A stretch of DNA of 64,000 nucleotides from Naegleria gruberi (Eukaryota). The DNA is taken from assembly GCA_000004985.1 (NCBI GenBank), contig GG738857.1; one strand, 5' to 3'. The notes beneath the pieces were generated by a model that was given only the letters and a program-made list of their open reading frames with translations, searched no databases and was not told where the DNA came from. Below, in pieces: positions 54,339 to 64,000 of the stretch (positions within the stretch are counted from its first letter, which is position 1; each line of letters starts with the position of its first letter). Made by a program: the position numbers and the translations under genes.

Positions 54339-54621
54339 ATGAATTGATGAATAAATATCTTCTTCCTCCTCTCGCTCATCATCACCACTATCCTCGTCCT
54401 CCGAATGATAATAATCATCCCTGCAACTTTTTAATCTGCTTTTAATCTGAGTTTTTTGGATTTAAATAAATCTTGAAGTCAAAAATTTGCTTGACTTTTT
54501 TGCAGATTTTTTTGTTTTGATTAAAGCTGAAAAAAAAAACGTTCGTATAATCTTTGCGAGTTAATAGGTGTTTTTTGGTTTTATTTGAAGCCTGCTTTAT
54601 GGATTTAATTAAATCTTGTTG

Positions 54622-54671
54622 NNNNNNNNNNNNNNNNNNNNNNNNNNNNNNNNNNNNNNNNNNNNNNNNNN
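54622..54671. other. Assembly gap (50 N)
   Basis: Run of n in the sequence. Confidence 1.
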
Positions 54672-55338
54672 CAATAAAATCCCAACACTTCAATCAATCC
54701 ACTCTTGAAATAAAAGTTATGAGCATTCAATGAATGACAATTCACCTTTCCCAATGTTTCCTCAATATCATGAATCATCAATGGATGACTAAATTCCACA
54801 CCTTGTGCAATATATAAATTACGTAAAAAACCATCAAGTCTATATAACATTGCCTTTGCTTGTTTGTTTTTATCATTCATTTCATGAACATTTGAAGAGG
54901 AAGAATAATAGGCATGGAGAATCTACATAGGAGAGAATTGTATCAAGTATTTGAATACATGATGATAATGTTGTGAAGAGTGAAAACTTTTCATGTTTAG
55001 ATTCAATTTTCTTCTTTTTGTTCTTTGATTCAAATTCACTTGTTGGATCATCAAAATCTTCAACAAGTCTTTTTAACATTTTTTTTAAATATTAATTAAT
55101 TGAAAGATGGCACAATTGCTTTTTTATCTTCTCAAACAATTGTCATAAAACGGTCAGACCTCCCTTAGTATTTGTTTATTCATTTCAAAGGTTCTGACCT
55201 TTGAGTTTACATAGAATGAGATTTTGTATTTCAATTTCCCAATCATACCAGGTTTGAAACATTGCTTTGGATTTCGGCCATATCTTACTATTTGAGTGAG
55301 GTTAAAATCTTATTCAAAAATTGATTTATTTTCTCTAT

Positions 55339-58227
55339 TTACTTTTTTACAATAATTGTACTTCCTTGTTCTTCCTCTTTCTTTGTCAACTTGAGAAGTA
55401 CACTCTTTGGAAGGAATTTGAGAGCACCATCTCTGACCATTCTTTTAACTCCTGATTTTGCTAGATAAACATCCACACCTTCCCAAACAGTCTTCTTTTG
55501 AACTGTTTTAATTCTTTCTTGCATTGCATTTTCATACTTTTCAAAAGCTTGTTGTAAGCAACTATCGAAATAAATACTCTTCTCCAATGGGATTGTATGT
55601 AAATTATCTTCACCTTCTGTCGAGGCATGGGTTTCTAAAACATTTCTCAATTCCAAAGCAAGAGTTTTAGCAGCAACAATGGCCAAAGCACCACCTTTAC
55701 CACTCAATGGAGTACAAGCTTGACAAGCATCACCAACTAGTACGCATTTGCCCTTGTACCAATTGTCTAAATTTCTAATTTGAGCCAAATCGTCATAGTA
55801 AATGATTCTGCTATCAAAAACGAGATCCATAATGTCGTGGAATAAGAATCCACAATCATCAAACTTGTTCTTTAAGAAATTCTTTCTATCTTCAGCTGAA
55901 ATAAAGAAAGTCTTTGAGTGGTGTGACTTTTCAACCTTTTTCTTCTTTTGTTTCTTTTCTGATTTTTCATTTGGAGACTTTTCGTCATTGCTTGTTGGTG
56001 AACTGCTGCTGTTGTTTGAGTTTGGAGTAACACATTTTTCTTCCAAGTTTTGGACGCTTGCTGATTCTCTGTTGGCCATCGACTCGTTAACCATTTCCAT
56101 AAAAGCTTCAGCAATTTCCTCATCCTCTTCCTCCATTACTTCCTCATGATCTTCAGAGCTGTCACTTGAGTGAGTAACTGATCTTTGATCGTCATTGTCA
56201 TGATGATCTTCAAACTTGTTAATGTCGAATGAGTAGAAATGATTTGTTAAAGATGAAGCAGATGAAGATGGATCTTGAGCCAAGTCATTCTTGATTGGAG
56301 ATTCGGTATGTTTTCTAAATAGAGAAAATCTCTTTCTCCACTTTTCATGAGTTGAAGGTGATTTGCTATCATTTGGTGAATCAATAAGTGCATCATCTAC
56401 AAATGATTTACTCTTACTGACAGTGTAACTTGAGCTTTCTTTCAACATGTCCTCTTCTTTTGGTTGTCTGTACACCAATGATACTGAAAGCTTGTTACCA
56501 TACCTCAGCACATTCATATAACGTCCATGATTTAACAAAACTGAGCTAGATTCTCCATCTTTGATTAACTCGGCAAGTTTCTTAGAAACTTCTTTCATTT
56601 TGGCAATTCTGTCGGGTGTCAATGGTTCTAATCCCTTAATTCCACTAATTTGTGTTGGGTCAAAAGATTCTGTCGACTTCTTCTCCGATCCATAAACATT
56701 ATTCCAATACTTTTCACTCACTTGTTGCTCATCTGCCTCTGTCAAAATCATGTCAACAATAAAGCAAAAGTATCCAACTCCCAAAAAATGTTTAAAATTG
56801 CTCTCATCACCAAAGATTAGTGCTCTAGTTTGACTGTGAATACCATCAGACCCAACCACTAGATCATATTCTTCTCTTTCTATTTGATATAATTTACGAT
56901 CTTCTGTCGATTGATAAACTGAACTCTCAAACGAATCACCTTCATTGAAAGTTACAAGTAAATCATTCATTGAAGTTCTCTTTGGATCATTGATAGTATT
57001 CAATGGAGCAGACATTGGACTACCTTCAAGTAAAATGTTACTTGAACTATCGGACTTGGTTTTTTGTGATGGAGATTGAGCATTTGATTCCTTCTTTTGG
57101 AAAAATCTTCTCCAACCTGCTGATTCCTTTCCTGCACTGTTTGGTGTTGCAATTTCTGCTGGTGTTGTTGTTGAGCTCTTTTTCATTGCTTCCTCTTCCA
57201 TTTGTTGCAAATCTCCTGAAGAACCAGTTGACTTTCTCTTGTGAAGTTTTGAAAGTCTATTAGTAGGACTATCCTTCCTTTCTAAATTTGAAATATCATT
57301 CAAAATTCTAGTATTAAGTGGTGAATTAACACTACAAACTGAACTTGATCTCTTCATTTGAATATTTTCTTGTTGTTCCTTTTGATATTGTAAATGCAAC
57401 CAATCATTCTTATTCATTAGAGTAACTTCAATCTTTTCCTTGTTAAATAAACTTGGTCTCATACTGTAAATTACTCTATTCATCTTGAAATGTTTATCAT
57501 CGGAAAGTTCATCATCTGAAGAAGGTGTTGAACTATTCGAATGTAAATTAGCATTGGAAAGAATGGTTAAATTTCCATCTCGTCGGACTATTAATGGTTT
57601 AATTCTCTTCATTAAAATCTCATGAAATTTATGTCTTTCATATCTTCTACCTTCTTCTTTATATTTAATAACTGAAGATTCATCAAAACTTCTTACGTGA
57701 CGTCCATTCTTGGTGTAGAAATGTTGTTTGGATCTTGGAATTTCAATTTGATGGAGCTCTTCTTCTAGATTCATTTCTTTGAGAGCTCTTATAACTTGTT
57801 CTCCTTCTAGTGTTATGATGGCACCTACTTGTCTATAGTTTGAAATTATAATAGGACTTTCGAATAAATTATTTGAAACTTACCTATACACTGAAGCCTT
57901 CTCTACAATAGTAATTTCGATTGGTAAATTGTTGTGTTTATGACTCAATGAATGAAGTAAATAATAGGAAAAGACTAAACCTGCAAAACCTCCTCCACTC
58001 ACTAACACTTTATAGGTATGATGACTATTCGAATGATGATTCGAATGATGTTTATGATTATTTTGTTGAGAAATCAATGACGATGAACGTCCATAAGAGA
58101 AAAAGTAATTATTATCCTGTTGTTGATTTGTAGATGGAGGTGATTGTGAAGATGATGAATTTTCCTCATCATCATTATCTCCAAAATATCTATGAGTGCT
58201 GATATCTTGATTGTTGGAAAGCATCAT
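55339..58227 (-). CDS. FAD-dependent aromatic-ring-type monooxygenase with large low-complexity insertions (2 exons)
   Basis: Exon 1 is 57884..58227 (dinucleotide fold YKVLVSGGGFAGLVFSYYLL...EITIVEKASVY). Intron 57833..57883 (donor GTAAGT, acceptor CTATAG). Exon 2 is 55339..57832, containing the DG motif DLVVGSDGIHSQTRALIFGDE and the GD motif VLVGDACQACTPLSGKGGALAIVAAKTLALEL, separated by S/N/E-rich inserts. Confidence 0.75.
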
Positions 58228-58935
58228 TGTGTGGCAGTAAAATTATGTGTGTTATCTGATTGTTGTTGTTGTTGTGTGTTGAATGAGTTTTGGCTTTTTT
58301 TATGAATTGTTTTCAAAGCAATGAAACGAATTTTGCTCTTTTATGGAAATTTTAAAAGGAAGGCTTGAACAGCTTTTTTGTGTAGTCCTTTATGGTGTAC
58401 CACTTGCCTAATGTTTGTCAAATATTAAAAATAGTGCTGCAGCAGAGTGGTGTTTTGTATTTCTCCAATTTACCATCGATTTGATTTTTGCAATTTGATT
58501 GAATTTTGGGATTATGAATCTACGGTTTTTAAAAAAGTACAAAATGAATAAAATCGAATATTACTCGAGCGGTTTTTTGTGCACCATTTTAAATAAAAGA
58601 ATCTTCTTTTGGCTGGCTGGAATAGTAAATAATAAAATACTGCTATGGAGCGAAAGAATGGGATATCAGAAATTGTGTAATTTTAGAAACCATTTCCAAG
58701 ATGAGATTCTTTATTTCAAATTGAAGATTATACTAATATATTAAATGTGCACCTAACTACAGCTCAATGTTAATAATTTTAAAAGAGTTTGAAAAACAAA
58801 GATTTCAAAGTGATAAGAATAGAGTTGAACAACAGAAAATTGTAAACAAGTAATTCCACCTCATCATCCTTGTCATCATGGACTCAACGATGTAATAAAA
58901 ATCATGAAAAATTATAGAGATGAACTTTAAAAAAA

Positions 58936-60859
58936 ATGCTCAACAATAGAATCATCCCTACCACTCCCTACATTAATCCAAAACTTAATTATGGTGCTGC
59001 TGTTATAGCAAATTTACATCTTGATCAAGTTGTAGAAGTGAAGGGATCGCATTGGTATTGTGATCCATCCGTTGTAACAAAAGAAAAGATATTCGGACCT
59101 ACAACAACTCTTCAAGTTGGTGGAATGGACGCCATTGATACTGCTTTTGTTAAAAGTGTTCAAAATTCAATGTTTTTCCGATTTGATCTTGATGATGAAT
59201 TTGTAGTCAATAGAAATTATTCGCTAATTATTAATGGAAATACTTTACAAGTTGATAAGGAACTTGTTTGTAAATATTCAAGTGTATTGAAACAATTAAT
59301 TGATTCGTCTTCATCATCGGAAGTTGTGATTGAAGAGAGTCAAGGTGAATATTTACAACATGTATTAACATTTATTCATGAAGGAAAGTTAGGTGTTGAA
59401 TCATCTAAATTCTCCTCTCAACAAGATGCTGGATTGATCAATTTGAAACAATTAATAGAATTGATTAAAATAGCAGACAAGTATCAAGTTGAAAGTTTAT
59501 TAGTAGAAATTGCAAATATTGTTAATGATATGATTGCCATGATTATTATTGAGAAATGTAAAACTATTTCAAATGAGGGCAAGAAGATAGTATTTGAAAA
59601 GTGTTATGAATTTATTGGATTCAATCCAGCAAGTGTTGTTGCTGCTAAAGTTTACAATGACCAACCAATTATCACAAACTTTTTAGAAGATTTCAGGATA
59701 AAGATGCAAGAACTTCAATTAGCTTCAGAAGATATGATTATTGATTATTTATTCTCAGAAAATGGATATGATGTCAATGTTGATATTACAAACAACAAGA
59801 AGACTTTTGCTAAAATGATTGGTGCCCTAAAAACCGATGCATCATTGATTGCCTTTTCTGAATTGGATGCTGAAACATTGATGGGAATTTTGGGTAGCAA
59901 GTTTTTATCAATGAAAACTGAAGTATTATTGAGCGTTCTTGTAGGATGGTATTTAGCTGATACTAGTAGACTTGAAGATGCATGCAAATTTTTATTAGCA
60001 AACGATTGGAGTGATTGCGAAAGAGAAGCTTTTAACCTATTATTTTACAATATTTTCATATTTGGAGCTAAAAAACATGAAAATACTGAACTGTTGGACA
60101 AACTTAGAGATAAGCTCAGCCAAAATATGTTCAAGAAAGAAAATGTTATGGGTGATGAGTGGCATGTTTACAATGAAAATAGACCACCAAGATCAGCTTA
60201 TCGTAATAACTCTGGAGATTTGAGAGTTTTATTGCTTGGATTGGATGCTTCAGGAAAGACCTGCATCTTATACATGATGAAATTAGGAGAAAGAATTACA
60301 ACAGTAAGTAATTAGTCGCTTTGCAAGTTTTTGAATGTTTGTGAAGATTCCAACAATTGGTTTCAATGTGGAAACAGTGAATAGTTGTGGAAAGAATTTA
60401 ACTGTTTGGGATGTTGGTGGCCAAGATAAGATTCGCCCATTGTGGAGACACTATTATTCCAACACCTCAATTGTCATGTTTGTTGTTGATGCTTGTGACA
60501 GAGAAAGATTTGAGGATGCTTGTGATTGCATTCAAAGACTTGGATCAGAAGATGATTTGAAGGATTGTACCATTTTGGTATTTGCAAACAAGATGGATTT
60601 ACCAAATAGTGCCTCTATCAAAGAAATTGTTGAAAAATTAGAATTGAATAGATTGAAAAATCCAAATTGGATGGTTCAAGGTTGCAGTGCAACTCAAAAC
60701 ATTGGTTTAGAGGAGGGTTTCAAACTTGTAATTAAGGCTCACCAATACCAATCCCAGAATACTGCTGTTATTGAACAGTTGACCTCTCAAGAACATGAGA
60801 AGCCACCAAGAACCACTACTCACTTTGGACTCTTTGAACCTAAATTTAACACATTTTAA
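58936..60859 (+). CDS. BTB/POZ-domain protein fused to a C-terminal ARF/ARL-family small GTPase domain
   Basis: Exon 1 is 58936..60303 (BTB-like NYSLIINGNTLQVDKELVCKYSSVLKQLI...YLQHVLTFIHEGKL; P-loop LRVLLLGLDASGKTCILYMMKLGERITT). Intron 60304..60346 (GTAAGT..TGAAG). Exon 2 is 60347..60859 (IPTIGFNVETV, WDVGGQDKIRPLWRHYY, FANKMDL, CSAT). Confidence 0.75.
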
Positions 60860-61533
60860 TTAAAAAAATTATTGTATAATACATTTGGTTTTTTTATCAA
60901 TTATGTTAATTTTCCATAAAAGCTCTATGGATTATCCTACTGAGCTTGTTGTCACTTTCCAAAAATGTGTATTTTCCTTTTTCAGATGAAACCTCAAATT
61001 CTTTCATTCTTAACCAGAGAAAACATTCCAACAAGAAAAAAAAACACAAACATGAAATTCCCATTCAACACAAGTGGTACTCGTTCAACCACAACAACCA
61101 CCACCAACACAACAACCATTGTAAACAATCCAAATACAGTAAGAATGTCAATTGACCAACCGATTAGTGATTTAGATAGAAGAGAAATGATTGGTTTAGA
61201 TGATGTCGAGGATATTCATTCTGCTCTCATCTTTGAAAACATTCCTCGCAGACGTTTCAGTTTCCAAAAATAGAAAATATCATTTTATTTATTGTAAATA
61301 TATCAACCAACTATTAAACTATTATATCAATTACAAAAGAATTTCAAAATTGCATTCCACAAAAAATCTGTTGTAACTAAAATGGTAGCCACCTCTGACT
61401 CAATCTTGCAACCCTAGACCAATAAATTTGTTATATTATTAGAAATGGATCTCATTCCAATTCACAAACTTCACAAGCCTTTGAATTCTTTGAAAAAAAA
61501 GCCTTCAACAAAACCTTTGCATCTACTTTTCAA

Positions 61534-63756
61534 ATGGTAAAGAAAAGAATCAGCAACAAGAATGAAGAGAAGGACGACCTTCTTGATGCGAACTCCGGAG
61601 AGGATGCAATAACTTCGGAATCATCAACTATAGCATCTGCTGTTAGTAGTACAATGCAACAACAACAAGTAGACAATAACAATATGCATCATCGTAAACT
61701 TGCATTGGAGGAGGATGAATCATGCAATACTAATTCTCATCATCATGCTAATGATTATTCCAAGCAAGTAGTAGAAGATTCAGAACAAGAAGGTACTTTG
61801 AATGCACAAGGTGTGAATGATGAGACTGATCATGCACAAGTAGCAATTTCTAATAATCAAATACAGAATGAAGTGACTAGTAATGAAGTGAATATTCCTG
61901 ATGGCATGACTAGAAAGCAAAGAATTATAAATCACTTGAAAATGGGAAAGAATGAGCTGATTCAAGTTTTAAAATTATGTTGGCCTGCTGTTGTGATGAA
62001 TGTTTGTTTTCAATTACTTGGTTTGGAAAGTTTGTCTTTTATTGGACATATTACTTTGGAGGATAATGAAATTCCAGGCATTACTAAGGATAAAGTTGGT
62101 GAATTGTATATGGCAGCAGCATCTTTGGGAAATTCATTCTTTTTCTGTATGTTTATTTAACATTTTCATTTTAATTTTCAACTATTTCTAAAATAGGTCT
62201 TGGATTTGTAATTGTTGGATTAATTCATGGTCAAGATACACTCGTTTCACAGGCGGTTGGTGCTAAAAATTTCATTAGAGCTGGTCACGTTTTAGCACGA
62301 TCCCTACTTACCATTCTATTGTGTTCAATTCCAATTTGTGTAGCATTGTGTTTTGCTAATTATTCTCTCTATTGGATGAATCAGGAAAAAGTTTTGGTTG
62401 ATCTAGTTGGAAATTATTTAAGAATTTTAACACCTGGTATGATTCCATTTGTGGTTTGTGAGGCATTGTCTCTGTATTTAATTGCTCAGAATATTTTAAT
62501 GCCAAATGTCATTATTTGGATTATTTCTGTAATTATTAATTTTGGATTGAATTGGTTATTAGTTTTTGGATTTGGATTTGATTCTCTTGGATTTGTAGGA
62601 GCTCCAGTAGCATTAACCATTACAAGATATATCATGTTGGTCATGTACATTGTATTTATTTATTTCAAAGGTTATATGAAAGAAACATGGAAAGGATTTA
62701 TTGATATTAAGGCTGTTTTTAAATGGGATGGATTTAAGGAATATTTGAAATTGGCTCTTCCAGGTTCTGTCATGTTAGCAGTAAGTAATTATTCTATTCT
62801 CAAAACAAATTTGAAACATATTGATATGAAGGCTGAGGTTTGGGGATTTGAGTTATCAACAATTACTTCCTCCTTCTTAGGACCAACTGCATTGGCATCC
62901 CATAGTATTGTTCTTAATATTTGTGCCTTGACATTTATGGTTCCTTTATCAATCGCTACTGCAACAGCCATCAAAATTGGACAATATATGGGTGGTAGAG
63001 AACCAATCAAAGCCAAATATACATCTTATGCATCAATGGTCTTCTCAGGATTATTCATGTTCTGTTCTGGAACTACATTGGCCATATGTAGAGAGTGGAT
63101 TCCACAAATTTACACACAAGATGCTGATATTATTTACAATGCTTCCATTATCTTCCCATTGTGTGCTCTCTTCCAATTCTTTGATGGTGTTCAAGCAATT
63201 GCTGGAGCTACCATTAGAGGTGTCGGCAAGCAAATTGTTGGTGCTGCCAGTACTCTCATTGCTTATTACGTAAGTTGTTCACACAATACTATTACTAATT
63301 CCTGCAAATTTAAAGATTATTGGTTTACCTATTGGAGCTGTATTAGCCTTTGTTGCTGGTTGGGGACTTGTTGGTATTTGGTCTGGATTAGCCATTGCTC
63401 TCTTCTCTGTATTTGTTGGCATGTTATTGTTCATTCGTTTTAGAATTAATTGGGAGAAGGAAGCAGAGGTTGCCTACAATAGAGCAACAACAAAAACATC
63501 AGAAGGATCTTCATCAGTAGAACTGGAAGCAACAGCAGCAGATGAATCAACAACAAGCAACAAGATGATGACAACACAAGTAGAATTGGAGGAAGGAAGA
63601 GTGGATGAAGAAAACAAGGCTGTTGTTATTGATGGTCAAGCAGAAGATTCTAGTGTATCGCCATCTTTGGAAGAAGATGAGGACTATTCAAGAGTGAATA
63701 GCAGAGTAAATTTACTGCAGAGCACGAGCACAGTTGCGCTGGAGGATGAAGAATAA
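61534..63756 (+). CDS. MATE (multidrug and toxic compound extrusion) family transporter, 4 exons
   Basis: Exons 61534..62146, 62197..62780, 62853..63269 and 63316..63756. Introns: 62147..62196 (GTATGT..AATAG), 62781..62852 (GTAAGT..TTGAG, in-frame 72 nt, so retention is possible) and 63270..63315 (GTAAGT..TAAAG). About 12 TM helices. MATE-type GLIHGQDTLVSQAVGAKNF and ATIRGVGKQIVGAA. Long hydrophilic N- and C-termini. Confidence 0.8.
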
Positions 63757-63967
63757 CATTTTTATTTGATTTTAAAACTAATTTTTAATATTTTAATTGT
63801 TCAAGTAAGATCGAATGGTTCATTCCCAAGAACGAAAAATTGTGTGATAAAAGAGAAAATTTATACATTTATAAATTAATCGTTAACCTTGTTCAAAAGT
63901 TGTCATTCTCCCCCGCAGTTCTATTGTAGTTTTTTGGCGCCAATACAAATACAAATATTTCAAAAAA

Positions 63968-64000
63968 ATGGCTTCTCTTTCTGCTTCAGCCTCATCAAAA
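63968..64000 (+). CDS. Possible start of a further gene, truncated by the window end
   Basis: ATG at 63968, then MASLSASASSK in an open frame to the edge. Too short to assess. Confidence 0.15.
   Translation, partial: MASLSASASSK

Noticed and set aside
23616-54671. Two 50-nt N runs
   Set aside because: They are assembly gaps, not biological features. They only limit gene models 22135..23905 and 52707..55079.
1-64000. Searched for CRISPR-like arrays, long terminal or inverted repeats, and transposase or reverse-transcriptase ORFs
   Set aside because: None seen. The only repeats are those listed (promoter motif, intron duplication, palindrome, paralog conversion tracts). No mobile-element call can be supported from the sequence alone.

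Overview
Standard-code, AT-rich (about 70-75% AT) eukaryotic nuclear DNA. Long intron-poor genes are rich in poly-N/Q/S/H tracts and carry very short GT-AG introns of 42-150 nt. Together with a 5S rRNA gene that resembles the Dictyostelium type as I remember it, this points to an amoebozoan, most likely a dictyostelid social amoeba. It is a draft assembly with two 50-N gaps at 23616-23665 and 54622-54671.

I can support about 30 protein-coding genes, all called by eye from motifs. Those I recognise include:
- a villidin-like coronin/PH/gelsolin/headpiece giant, eIF5A, a 1.2k-aa coiled-coil protein with an LRR tail, a lipase-like alpha/beta hydrolase and a UBL+BAG protein;
- a Cul3-like cullin, an EEP-family nuclease/phosphatase, a PB1-domain protein kinase with an odd catalytic loop, a divergent actin and an F-box/LRR protein;
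- a PH-EF-X-Y-C2 phosphoinositide phospholipase C, a 4-exon cytochrome P450, an HSPA12-like actin-fold ATPase and an FAD monooxygenase carrying large inserts;
- a BTB-domain/ARF-GTPase fusion, a MATE transporter, and two paralogous DUF4116-repeat genes at the two ends of the window.

A Pol III cluster (tRNA-Ser CGA, 5S rRNA, tRNA-Glu UUC) lies at 37.9-41.1 kb.

The most unusual content is a tandem pair of novel genes (41708-45613) with near-identical conversion tracts; no core synthase or recognisable multi-gene system is present in the window. Other findings worth a second look: a 24-nt GC-rich motif repeated in the eIF5A/coiled-coil bidirectional promoter, a Pmp3-like proteolipid gene with an in-frame TAA, several frame breaks at A-runs, and a loose P450 + flavin monooxygenase + MATE neighbourhood. 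Exon boundaries were derived by hand and may be off by a few nucleotides.
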